From the human T2T-CHM13v2.0 reference genome, Homo sapiens, in NCBI RefSeq assembly GCF_009914755.1, contig NC_060947.1: a DNA stretch of 64,000 nucleotides. One strand, given 5' to 3'. Both the position numbers and the translations under genes were made by a program. Shown here in pieces: positions 22,160 through 34,660 of this stretch (position 1 is the first letter of the stretch; each line of letters begins with the position of its first letter). The notes below the pieces were generated by a model, which made no database searches, was not told the origin of the DNA, and was given only the letters and a program-made list of their open reading frames with translations.

Positions 22160-22850
22160 GAACAGGAAAGGAGACATAGCCAAAACTACAATTATCCAGG
22201 AAATTATCAACACTGCTCTCTGAGTAAATGATCAGAAAATTAGAAAATGTGTAAGAATACGGAAGGAACTAAAAAAGAATATTAATCAAATTGATCTTGA
22301 AATTTATAAATAAGACACTCCAACAGCAGAATAGATACTATTTTCAAGTGTACATGGCATATTCACCAAGATAGACTACAAAACAACACTTAAAATTTTT
22401 AAATAATTAAAATTATATAAAATAGGTTATCTATCCATAATAGACTTAGACAAAAGAAAACAAAGTCCAAGATAATCGGAGATTAAACAATATATTTTAC
22501 TAAACCGTGTTGCATAAGAATTATTGAGGAAAATAAGGAAATATTTTCAACAGAATGAAGATGAAACTGTAGCATAGCAGAGCTTGTGAGATTTAGCTAA
22601 ACCAGCGCTTACAGGGAAATTTATGTCATGATATGCTTCTGTCAGAAAAAATGAGTGAACTCAAATCAATAATCTAAGCGTTCATGTAAGAAACTATTAA
22701 AAGAACAGTAAATTGAACCCAAGGCAAGAAGAGTGATGGGAATAATGAAATCAAAATTAGAAAACAATGGTGTTCAATGGAAACAAATCTGCTCTTTGAA
22801 AAAATCAGAGAAGCTGAAATATCAGATGTTAATCCGAAACTAAAACAAAA
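22160..22850 (+). mobile_element. Old L1M ORF2 (endonuclease region) fragment
   Basis: ccaacagcagaatagatactattttcaagtgtacatggcatattcaccaagatagac motif. Confidence 0.65.
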
Positions 22851-23632
22851 CAATATTGTGAGTAGTAATGGCGTGGGACACAGCTAAAAGTATAGGAAAT
22901 TGTATAGACATAGAAAGCAATATATCACAGTTATTTTCAGAAAGGGCAAAAATGACAAGTTCTTGGCAGTGCTGGAAAGCCAGGCAACAAAACTGATATT
23001 CAGTGCATTGGGTATAATGGGGTCAATAAAGATAGATTACTGTATAGGAACATGAGGAAGTCGATGTATGAGGAAGGGCCTTCTGGAAGCTGTGACCATG
23101 GGAAGCCTAGAGTACAGTGGTTGGATGTCAGGGCCCAACACCCTGAGGGCATGAGGAAGAAAGAAAGCTCAGTGGACAGGACTCTGGGATTACGTTCTTT
23201 AGTTCAAGTGTGCTGCTCTATCTTCCTTATATTGAAAAATTGGATTTCTTTCCAAGGATTCAACTGAAATACGAGATGCCATATCTAAAATTTTTGCAAC
23301 CACTGTCTACCACTTAGGTATAGGATACATCATGGAAATTTGCCCTCTGAGTACCTAGGCGCAAGATTGCCTCCAACACCTTGCTGTGTTTGCTATGCAA
23401 AATTTGAGATACTGAAGAGCTGTTAGCTGCCTAAAAAAAAAAAAAACACCAGGACAGAAGAGATAAGTATCTGGGCATTGGTGCTTATAAGCTCAGTTTT
23501 GGAGAGCCTGAAAAGTACTGAGATAGCAGATGTGGAATTAAAAACTCATGCTATATAACTTTATAATGTGAGCAACAACAACTGCAAGCATGGGTATATA
23601 TATATATATCTCTCTCTCTCCATGGCTATTGT

Positions 23633-23857
23633 TCACTCACAAAGCTCCAGCCTCCATGAAAGAGGTCTACTACAGAGGGGAAAACATCCCAGTCTCTAGC
23701 AGGCAGTGAGATGGTGCTGGGACTGGGACACCCACAAGGGTGTCCTAGACCACTAGGATAGTCAGGAGATGTAGCTAACCTAGAATAATGCCAGGGATCC
23801 AGCCATGCTCATCCTGATAGGACATAGAGTGATTTTAAGGCAGTGTCGGGTGTTTTA
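23633..23857 (+). repeat. Direct repeat, copy 1 (225 bp, ~95% identical to 25278-25501)
   Basis: Manual alignment gives about 12 differences; flanked by (TA)n and (TAGA)n tracts. Confidence 0.95.
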
Positions 23858-24551
23858 TATATCTATATCTATATATAGATATAGATATAGATAGATAGAT
23901 AGATATAGATATATGAGTTTTTCTGTCTTTTTATATGTTATATACATGATACATAACATATAAACAGATGGAAAATTTATCTAATTTGTAGAACTCTAGG
24001 TGAGCATTCCATTCCTTTCAAGTCTTACTGGGATGTATTATTGTTTTATGATTTTGCTTGCAAAATCACAAAATTATTATGTTTGCAGGAGAGGAGATTT
24101 CATCCCACAGCATGTATACTTCAATCTACACAACACTTGATACAGGCTAGCTTAATCTTCAGCCCAGGACCCTCTTTTGATATCAGCCCCATTTTTCCTA
24201 TTGCCCATTGAGCAGCTTTACCTGGACAACTAGCATAACTTCATTATCTACATGGCCCACGGTGATCTCATCTACCACACCCTTCCTCATCTCTACCCTA
24301 ATGCAAGTTGCCACCAACTTTTCTTCCTTTATCCTCAATCTCAGCTAGAAGAAACAGCTTCTACCTAGTCAGTAATCTTCAGAACTCATAGCCATCACAC
24401 ACTACCGCACGATTTCACAGTTCCTAATTTCCTAAAATTCTCTCCATCTCCTTACCACTTTGTCCCACCCACAGCTTGAATTACATGTCTTGTCATTTTT
24501 CTTTGTTTTGTCTTCTTGGTGTCTTTACTCTGAATGTATTTAAAAATTGAT

Positions 24552-24651
24552 GAAAGAAAGAAAGAAGGAAAGAAAGAAGGAAGGATGGAAGGAAAGAAGA
24601 AAGGAAAAGAAGGAAGGGAGGGACGGAGGGAGGAAGGAAGGAAGGAAGGAA
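24552..24651. repeat. (GAAA)n/(GGAA)n purine-rich simple repeat
   Basis: Directly visible. Confidence 0.9.
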
Positions 24652-25277
24652 TCAAATTAGCAGAAGATCACATGTGTTGATTCAAAATGTGACATCTGAG
24701 CTCTACCTGGGTCTTTTGCTTCCAGAGAAGAAACCTGCAGTGCCACAACTGCTCATGTAACTTAAGAATTCCCAAGAGAAACTATCACTGAGCATGTCAT
24801 TATGGATTTCTCATCTTAAAGCCCAAACACTATCTTGGCTATGGGGATGCTCTCCACAGCATGACACATGATGCATCCTGCTTTGCACTCCACACATACC
24901 CATTAGTTTAACAAGAAAGTGTGTGCCATCCTCATAGGTTTCCCATCTACCCTGCACACGTCTGCATCTTGGTCCATTCCTCTATCTCAGACAATATCTG
25001 GTGGCAACGCAGGCCAGCAGTGATAGCCACAGGACACCCACCCTCAATCCAGGGTGCCAATAGCCCAGATTCCAAGGGAAGCACTCTGAACTGAAGACAT
25101 CATTTGGGCTATTTTCCAGGCATGTCCATCCCCAACGCTTAATCTACAAAGTCACTGAGATAATTAGTCCCAGGGTATTCCCAATTAAATCTGCCCTCTT
25201 TGCAGCTGCATAGTGCCTTCCACTGACCCTCAGTGTTCCTGCCTCTTCGCTTACTGGTCATCAGTAACCAACCCCAC

Positions 25278-25501
25278 TCACTCACAAAGCCCCAGCCTCC
25301 ATGAAAGAGGTCTACCACAGAGGGGAAACATCCCAGTCTCTAGCAGGCAGTGAGATGGTGCCGGGACTGGGACACCCACAAGGGTGTCGTAGACCACTAG
25401 AATACTCAGGAGATGTAGTTAACCTAGAATAATGCCAGGGATCCAGCCATGCTCATCCTGGTAGGACATAGGGTGACTTTAAGGCAGTGTCGGGTGTCTT
25501 A
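25278..25501 (+). repeat. Direct repeat, copy 2 (probable donor)
   Basis: Same sequence as 23633-23857, embedded in non-microsatellite context. Confidence 0.95.
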
Positions 25502-26478
25502 CACACCACTGGTCCCCTCCTTCAGTAGACCTGCCTACCCAGACCACGTTGAAGCTTACAGCTTGTAACAAAGACTCAGAGATTCCCCAAGTCTGTTCAC
25601 GTAAACTTTCCTACAATATGTTGCATTATCCCTCCCACCCACTCAACACCCAGATCACAAAACTCCCAAAGAAGGAACTGCAGGTTCCCAAATCCGCAGA
25701 CTGCCTAGGCTCAAGGCATTTATATGTGGCTCCTCCCATCTGGAGTTTTATCTCCTTACTTCTTCTTTTTACTTGTTCTTTAGGCATTAAAAGGCAATTC
25801 ATCATCTTCCTTACTGCTGCTCCTAGACTCTACCAGTCTGTGTGTAGGGTCTTGTTTATCCTGAGATGCCCACTACTAACACAGGACCCTGAAGCGCAAA
25901 TGCACCATTGACGTTTAGGGAATTAAGGATGCAGTGAGCATGGGCTTTCATGTTTTGAGATTTATTAACATTTATCCTACTTTCTTGAGAAACCCAAGCA
26001 AATCCATATTTAAATATTTAATTTTCCAGAAGAATGGACCTAAACGGATAGGTGAACCCAAGACTGAACCATCCTTTACACTTTTCCTCTGTTATTAAAT
26101 CCCTATGTTTTACGACTGGGATCTTTCACATTTCCAAGGAAATTGCTATTCCAGTGCTGGGGAATGTTGTACTAGATCACAATAAAAGATGACAGGTTTC
26201 CCAATTTGTTTTGCAAAATATCAAAGCTATTGTTCTTAAACTTAAAAATATCAATAAACGTTTGGCCAATATAATTTCATAAACTTGAATTCTAAAGCTA
26301 ATACATCTTCTATTAAAAGGAACAGCATTTCAAAATACCAAAAAGAAAACAAAGATAAAGCTCCATGTCCACCATACAGAGGAGAAACACAACTTGTTGC
26401 ACACTGTGTATTTACCAGGTTGACCCTCGCCCTCCCCTACTTAGAACCTTGACTGCCCTCTTCAAACAGAGTTGAGAA

Positions 26479-27595
26479 TCAGGAGAAGCTGCTGACCAAC
26501 GCTGTGCAATGATTATGACAACAGTACTGTCCATGGGTCCAATCCTGGCCCAGACTCTCTCTTCCTCATCTCTCAAAAACTCATCATGTCAGCCTGAGGA
26601 CAAGAGGTCAGTCCCTTTGACTTTGGCTAAAAATTCTAGAACTTTCGTCTTGCTGGTTTCAGCCTGGGCTCTTGGACCACACAGAAATTCATAGCATGGA
26701 GGATCACTGCTAGGCACCTATCAGTATTTTAGGTAATTTGCTTGCACCCAATCTATGGTGATGAGCTTTCTGAGCTCCCCATGGATGAAATGCTCCTTTC
26801 CAGCATACATGCCCAGCATATTCTGGAAATCCTAGATGTCTTCCCCAGAGGCACCATTACCCTCTATGAATATCACACCCAGGACAATGATCAGGAGGCC
26901 ATTTTTCAGCATTCTCTGGCTGTCAGCCAGCATCTCATCATAGGTGAGGTCCCGCGAGTTAACAAGGACATAGGAGTGGCTGATGCGGTCCACTTCCTTC
27001 ATGTCAATGCCAGAGACCACCTCCAAGCACTTGGAGGCTCCCTTGAAGGGCAGGGAGAAATCAGTTCTTGTATCTTTTGACAACCTTGAACATTTCCACT
27101 TTTGTGATGGGCTCCTTAAATAGATACTTGAGAATCAGGAAATATACTAAATGAGTCACCTTCACTTCTAGCCGGTCTCTGGACAAGGATTCCATGTCCG
27201 TTGAGAACTACAAGGTGCTTGAAGTCTGCTCCTCTTCTTGGATGCTGGAGTCTTCATCAGGTGTGCTCCACGAAGTAGAGGAGGAGGAGCAGGAGCTTGG
27301 AGGACTCTAGAGAGGAATCTGGGGAGGGCTCTGGGGAGGACTTGGCATCCCAGAAGTAGCCACATCCTCCTCCTTTGGAGATCCAAGAATCAGTGCAGAG
27401 GAGGATGGGGGGGGGGGGGCGGGGTAGAAGAGGAGAAGGGAAAGGAGAAGTAGAAAAAGGAAGAGGAAAGGGAGAAGGCTTCCTCCTCCTCATCATCAGT
27501 GGGAACCTATGCATCCACCAAGTCCTTCCTATATCTCAATTGGGTGCTGAAAGTCTTGCTCAAAAGTGAGGCAAGAATACTGCAAAACAAACCAT
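26479..27595 (-). pseudogene. Heavily decayed MAGE (MAGE-C-like) pseudogene coding exon
   Basis: Fragments translate to LTFEQDFQHPIEI*, DLVDA*VPTDDEEEEAFS, ASKCLEVVSGIDMKEVDRISHSYVLVNSRDLTYD, LLIIVLGVIFIEGNGAS and [25 protein letters not shown], with many stops and frameshifts. A 77-nt GT-AG intron lies upstream (27663-27739) and minus-strand AATAAA at 25961-25966. Confidence 0.92.
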
Positions 27596-28541
27596 GATTA
27601 TTCTTATCAGGAGCAGCAGGTAGAGGTGTGAGCAGGAGTGTGAGTGTTGGGTTCCTACAGGCCTGGGAGAGAGGTGGACAGTTTGAATGGCCTCAGCTGA
27701 GAAATTTACTCATTCTGACTCTGACAAAGGTTGACTTACAGATCTTTTCTTACAGTGATGCTCTATGGCCTCACAGGTCTCCTGTCTTGTTAGAGGATTT
27801 GTCTCCTAGTAGGAGGACATGAGAAAGTGCCTCAGGGTGCGGCTGGCAGGCAAAGCCTGAGGCTCCAGGGCTGACGGTGGGTGGGGCAAGCACTGTGGGG
27901 CCTCCTCTGTTTTGGGGGTAGTGTCTTGGTATACTGTTAGGGTGTTATGTCACCTTCACTTTTGGCACTGCCTGGGCCTCCTTTGCTATATGACCTTAGG
28001 ACACTGCTTCAGACCAAGGACTCACCCCCATTTACTGGAACCCCTGTGGGAGAAACTTAGCCCTGTCTCCCGCCAGGCTGAAGACTACAAACACAATGAC
28101 TGTGTTGTAGGGTTGGAGGTACCCTATTGCCAAGATCTCTAGTTCCCTGATATGTCAGTGGGCCACCATAAACTAAGACCTTTCAGAGATGAGAGCAGGT
28201 GTGAAGCTGGATTCTTTGGGGCTTCCTCTATGCGGGTTAGGTGTCTCTGCAGTTCTCCCTGAGTCCTCATCTGATGACTGGCACATCATGGGCTCCTGTC
28301 TCTATCCAAAGAGGACAGTGTGACAGAAGATTAAAAGAACTAATATACCATGGACAAGCCTGACAAACAACCTTAGTAAGGTGATAGTGGTAAGTCACAT
28401 TGATACTATACACTGCAAGATATGACATGATGAGAATGGCACTTCACCTTTGTGGCTTTCCTCCTGAAAGAACATAACCCACATCGAATCATTAGAAAAA
28501 TATCAAACAAATTCCAGTTTGGGGCCATCTATAAAGTACAC

Positions 28542-29453
28542 AGTTATAGTAGGGAGTCAGGCAGACATAAGCAGGGCAGGAGAGTCACCCACTGTTAGGG
28601 ACAAACTGCCCCAGGAAGCTTCTTGGTGCTACCCACCGCTCCCCACTCTGCAACTCCTCTCCGTGCTGCCCCAAGCCTCTTCTAAGCCCTTATCTAGGCA
28701 CCGTGGTGAAGCCAGCAGACTTTACTTATCAGGCCTGGCTGCTATAAAGCAAACCCCAATTACAAACCATCTGACCGCACAGGGGGAGGTTGTGGGAAGC
28801 ATAAACAAACTTTACACCCTCTGGTACCATAAACGTCACAAGGTGATTTGTGGCAGAATTAACCAGCAAACAACCCTGGGATGCGGCCATACCAAAGAAT
28901 TCCCTCAAACTCCCTCTCCAATATAAACCCCTCATTCTGTAAACTGGTTGCTGCTGCCTCCTTTGTCTGTGGTAAAGCAGCCGGCAGGTTTAATAAAAGC
29001 TTGCCTGAACTTGGGTCTTGCTCTCTCTCTCGTCCTTACTCTGGGCTGACCTTACACCCACCACCCACCAGGAATGTCTGGAAACCATCAGGTGATGGTC
29101 AGGCAGTTGCTAACTGCGTCTCTAAAATAATTGGTCGCAGCCAGTGCCAGGGAAAGGCAGTCCTCCAATAGATAGAAAACATCTGAAACTGGTGATTAGC
29201 AGCTTCCCGATAAGACCCTAAGTCAAATGGTCAAACCATGCACTTGATCTCTCAAGTTGCCCACCTGGCCCTCTTCCAAGTGTAATTTACTTCTTTCATT
29301 CCTGCTCTGAAGCTTTTTAATAAACATCCACTCCTTCTCTAAAACATGCCTCAGTCTTTCCTTCTGCCTTATGCCCCTCAGTCAAATTATTTCTTCTGAG
29401 GAGGAAAGAATTGAGGTTGCTGCAGACCTGTACAGATTCACCACGAGGTAACA
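28542..29453 (+). mobile_element. MER50-like ERV1 solo LTR (split by a nested LTR)
   Basis: gcagacataagcagggcaggagag start and gaattgaggttgctgcagacc...ggtaaca end; imperfect 4-bp TSD acac/acat. Confidence 0.75.
28593..29056 (+). mobile_element. Nested 464-bp solo LTR, ERVL-type (family tentative)
   Basis: TG...CA termini, 5-bp TSD cccac (28588-28592 and 29057-29061), TATA-like tataaa at ~28922, AATAAA at ~28992. Confidence 0.85.
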
Positions 29454-29783
29454 ACATGATCAGTACTCCTCAAACATATGAAAGTCAACAAAATCGAGAG
29501 AAGTCTCAGCAGCTAGCACAACCAAGGGAAGTCTAAAGATACATGATCACTAAAAGTAATGGGGGTAATCTCAGGGGATAAAAAAAAAAATAACACGGGG
29601 TGAAAAGTAAGGAAATCTGCATAATGTATGGATATTTGTTAATAACATGTATCAATATTGGCTTATTAATTAATAGAGCTGTATCATACTAAGGTAAGAT
29701 ATTATTAATAGGAAAAACTGAGTGTGGGACATCATCACTATCATTGCAGTTTTCTGGTAATCCTAAAACAATTCTAAAATGAT

Positions 29784-30232
29784 GTGGAGGTTAAAGTAAC
29801 TCCATCTTGGAAGCTAATCTGCCATGTTGACTTCTCCTCAACCCAGGCCTTGGGGAATGCCTCTGAGATTTCAAATTTATCTATTGTTTCTTTTGTTGTA
29901 CTTACCAAAAATTGTGCCCTTAGAGCAAATCAACCTTGATAAACTCCTACTTACTGTAAACCATGGCTTTGGCCTTAGGTAAATTCCCAGCCATTCTCCC
30001 AGAAGTACATGTGCCCCTCCCCTATGTTATGTAGCCACTAGGTCTGGGAGGTTATTGTTCAGAGACATACCTGTCTTATGGCTGCCCAAGACCGTGCTTC
30101 TGTCCATGAGTTCCCCCAATAAAACCAAACTAAAATGACAAGCTGGACTTGTCTCCTCCTTTCTTGTATTTTTTTTTTTTGGCTTTCTCTACATTTGGGG
30201 GTTTTCTTACATATACTGCCCTTTCATAGAAC
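29784..30232 (+). mobile_element. MER83-like ERV1 solo LTR
   Basis: tgtggaggttaaagtaactccatcttgg start, AATAAA at ~30118, ...gaaca end. Confidence 0.65.
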
Positions 30233-30599
30233 AAATGAGGTTTATGAAACTTAAAATGTTGGCAAACTCCATAAAGGATATGTATGAAATACCTACCACA
30301 AGCATCATACGTATTGAGAGAAAGTTGAAAGCTTCTACTTTGACCTTGAGAACTAAACTAGGGTTCTTGCTGATCATCATTTCTATTCTGTGTAATAGAG
30401 TGTAACAGAGATAGTAGCCAGTGCAGTAATGTAAAGCAGAAGAGATAAAAATGAGAGCAGTCAGAAAGCAAGACACAAACCTTTCAATACTAATAGATGA
30501 TTAGACTGTGTATGAAAAACACTCAAAAGAACTAACAATAAGCTTTTTACTTTTCTAAAGGAAGTATAAATTTACCATGTCTTTATGACAGAAGGTAGT

Positions 30600-31660
30600 T
30601 TCTTCTTTTCATTTCCAACTTTTATGTGAGGTTCAGGGTGTACATGTTTGGGTTTATTATATAGGTAAATTGCATGTCATGGGGGTTTAGCATACAGATT
30701 ATTTTGTCACCCAGGTAATAAGCATAGTATCTGGCAAATAGTTTTTAAATCCTCACCCTCCTCCCACCCTCCATCCTTAAGTAGGCTCTGGATTCTATTG
30801 TTCCCTTCTTTGTGTCTACGTGTACTCAGTCTTTAGCTCCCAATTATAAGTGAGAACATAAGGTATCGGTTTTCTGTTTCCTCCTCACTTTGTTTAGGAT
30901 AATAAGCTCCAGCTCCATCCATGTAGCTGCAAAGGACAAAATGGCATTTGGGGTCTGTCTTTCATATACAGCCCTGTATCATTCTATTTTAGGGCTGCCT
31001 ATTATTCCATGGTGTAGATATACCACATTTTTTATGCAGTCCACTGTTCATGGGCATTTAGCTTAATTTTATGTCTTTCCTACTGTGAATAGTTCACAAT
31101 GAGCATACTGTGCATCTGTCTTTATAGTAGAATGATGTATATTCCTCTGGGGTTATACCAGTAATGGGATTTCTGGGTCAAATGGTAGCCCTGTTTTAAG
31201 TTCTTTGAGAAAGCTCCAAACTCCTTTCCACAGTGCCTAACTAGTTTACATTCCCACCAGCAGTGCTTCAGCATTCCCTTTTCACCACAATCTTTCCAGC
31301 ATCTGTTATTTTTTGACTTTTCAATAACAGCCATTCTCACTGGTTTGAGACGGTATCTCATTGTGGTTTTGATTTGCATTTCTCTGATGATTAGTGATGT
31401 TGAGGCTTTTTTTATATGCTTGTTGGCCATGCGTATGTATTCTTTACAGAAGTATCTGTTCATGTCCTTTGCCTGATTTTTAATGGGGTTGTTTGTTTTT
31501 TTGTTCATTAAAGTTCCTTACATATTCTTTATATTAAAACTTTATTGAATGAATCCTTTGCAAATATTTCCTTCCATTCTGCAAATTGTCTGTTTATTCT
31601 GTTGATAGTTTCTCTGTCTGTGCAGAAGCTCTTTAGTTTAATTAGGTACCATTTGTCAGT
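30600..31660 (-). mobile_element. L1PB/old L1PA 3' end
   Basis: T-rich tail, 3'UTR, and ORF2 C-terminus in ORF 31122-31508 ([11 protein letters not shown]...HCWWECKLV). Confidence 0.9.
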
Positions 31661-31664
31661 ATTT

Positions 31665-34659
31665 TATTTTCTGTTTCTGTGTTAGTTTGATGAGGATAAT
31701 GGCTTCCTCTTTCAACCAAGTCCCTGCAAAGGACACGATCTCATTCTTTTTATGGCTGCATAGTATTTCATGGAGTAAATGTACCATATTTTCTTTATCC
31801 AGTCGATCATTGGTGGGCATTAGGTTGATTCCATTTCTTTTCTATTGTGAATAGTGCTGCAATGAACATACACATGCATGTGTCTTTATAACAGAATTAC
31901 TTATATTCCTTTGGGTATATACCCAGTAGTGGGATTGCTGGGTCAGTCGAATGGTATTTCTGTCCCCAGGTCTTCGAGAAATTGCCACACTGTCTTCCAC
32001 AATGACTGAACTCATTTACACTCCCACGAACAGTGTAAAAGCATTCATTTTTCTCCACGACCTTGCCAGAATCCCTTATTTTTTGACTTTTTCTTAATAG
32101 CCATTCTGACTGGTGTGAGGTGGTATCTCATTGTGGTTTTGATTTGTATTTCTCTAATGATCAGTGATGTTGAGCTTTTTTTCGTATGTTTGTTGGCTGC
32201 ATGAATGTCTTCTTTTGAGAAGTGTCTGCTCGTGACCTTTGCCCATTTTTTAATGGTTTTTTGTCTTGTAAATTTGCTTAAGTTCCTTGTAGATTCTGGA
32301 TATTAGACCTTTGTTGGATGGATAGATTGCAAAAATATTCTCCCATTCTGTAGGTTGCCTGTACACTCTGTTGGTAGTTTCTTTTGCTGTGCAGGAGCTC
32401 TTCAGTTTAATTAGATTCCATTTGTCAACTTTTGCTTTTGTTGCAATTGCTTTTGGCATTATCATCATGAAATCTTTGCATATGCCTATGTCTTGAATAG
32501 TACTGCCTAGATTTTTTTCAAAGGTTTTTATAGTTTTGTGTTTTAGTCTTTAATCCATCTTGAGCTGATTTTTGTATACGATGTAAGGAAGGGGTCCAGT
32601 TTCAATTTTCTGCATATGGTTTGCCAGTTCTCCCAGCACAATTTATCAAATAGGGAAAACTTTTGAATTGCTTGTCTTTGTCAGATTTGTCAAACATCAC
32701 ATGGTCGTATGTGTGCAGTCTTATTTCAGAGTTCTCTATTTTGTTCCATTGGTCTATGTGTCTGTTTTCTTTTTTGTTGTTGTTGTTGTTCTTTTTATCA
32801 GTATTATGCTCTTGGGGTTACTGTAGCCTTGTAGTATAGTTTGAGTATGATTCCTCCAGCTTTGTTCTTTTTGCTTAGGATTGTCTGGGCTATTCAGGTT
32901 CTTTCTTGGTTCCATATAAATTTTAAAATACTGATTTCTAATTCTATGAAGAATGTCAGTGGTAGTTTAATGGGAATAGCATTGAATTTATAAATTGCTT
33001 TGGGCAGTATGGCGATTTTCACAATATTGATTCTCTCTATCCATGAGCACTGAATGATTTTCCATTTGATTGTGTTATTTCTGACTTCTTTGAGCAGTGG
33101 TTTGTAGTTCTCCTTGAAGAGGTCCTTCACTTCTCTTGATACCTGTATTCCTAGGTATTTTATTCTTTTCGTTTCAGTTGTGAATGGTATTTGATTCATG
33201 ATTTGGCTCTCAGTTTGCCTGTTCTTGGTGTATAGGAATGCTAGAAATGTTTGCACATTGATTCTGTATCCTAAGAATTTGTTCAAGTTGCTTATCAGCT
33301 TAAGAAGTTTTTGGCCTGAGACAATGGGGTTTTCTAGATATAGGATCACATCATGTCATCTTCAAACAAAGATAGTTTGACTTCCTCTCTTCCTATTTGA
33401 ATACCTTTATTTATTTATCTTGACTGATTTCCCTGGCCAGAACTTCCAATAGGATGTGGAATAGGAGTGGTGAGAGAGGATATCTTTGTCTTTCGGTGGT
33501 TTTCAAGGGGAATGCTTCCACCTTTTGTCCATTCATTATGATATTGGCTGTGGGTTTTTCACGTATGACTCTTACTATTTTGAGGTATGTTCCTTCAATA
33601 CCTAGTTTGCTAAGAGTATTTAACATGAAGGGATACTGAATTTTATTGAAGGCCTCTTCTGTATATATACAAATAATCATGTGGTTTTAATCTTTACTTC
33701 TATATATGTGATGAATCACATTTATTGATTTGCATATATTGAGACAACGTTGCATCTTGGGGATGAAGCCTACTTGATCGTGGTGGATAAGTGTTTTGAT
33801 GTGCTGCTGGATTTGGTTTGCCAGTATTTTGATGAGGATTTTTGCATTGATGTTCATCAAGGATATTGGCCTGAAGTTTTCTTTTTTTGTCATCTCTCCA
33901 CCAGGTTTTGGTGTCAGAATGATGCTGGTCTCATAGAATGAGTTAGGGAGTAATCCCTCCTTCTCAATTTTTTTTGGAATAGTTTCAGTAGGAGTGGTAC
34001 CAGCTCATCCTTCTACCTCTGGTAGAATTCAGCTGTGAGTCCATCTGGTCCTGGGCTTTTTTCAGTTGGTAGGCTATTTATTACAGTCTCAATTTCAGAA
34101 CTCATTATTGATCTTTTCAGGGATTCAATTTCTTCCTGGTTCAGTCTTGGGAGGGTGTATGTGATCAGGAATGCATCCATTTCATCTAGATTTTCTAGTT
34201 TACGTGCATAGAGGTGTTTATAATATTCTCTGATTTATCTGATAGTTGTTTGTATTTCTTTGGGGTCAGTGGTGATATCCCCCTAATCAATTCTGATTGT
34301 GTTCCTTTTAATCTTCTCTCATTTCTTTTTTATTAGACTAGATAGTGATTTATCTATTTTATTAATTTTTTCAAAAAATCACCTCCTAGATTTGTTGTTT
34401 TTTAAGGGGTTTTATGTCTCTATCTCCTTCAGTTCAGCTCTGATCTTGGTTATTTCTTGTCTTCTGCTAGATTTGGGGTTTGTTTTCTGTTGGTTCTCTA
34501 GTTCTTTTTGTTGTGACATTAGATTGTCAACTTAAGATCTTTCTAGCTATTTGACGTGGGCATTTAGTGCTATAAATTTCCTGTTAACACTGCTTTCGCT
34601 GTGTCCCAGAGATTCTGGTATGTTGTGTCTTTGTTTTCATTAGTTTCGAATAACTTCTT
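31665..34659 (-). mobile_element. Old L1PA ORF2 with partial 3'UTR
   Basis: ORF2 remnants [24 protein letters not shown] and [14 protein letters not shown]. Confidence 0.92.
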
Positions 34660-34660
34660 A

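Larger units (their letters stand above)
28345..29780 (+). mobile_element. L1MC-type 3'UTR fragment hosting nested LTRs
   Basis: gatgagaatggcacttcacc..., cagtactcctcaaa..., terminal taaaacaattctaaaat; the two halves join across the LTR insertion. Confidence 0.75.
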
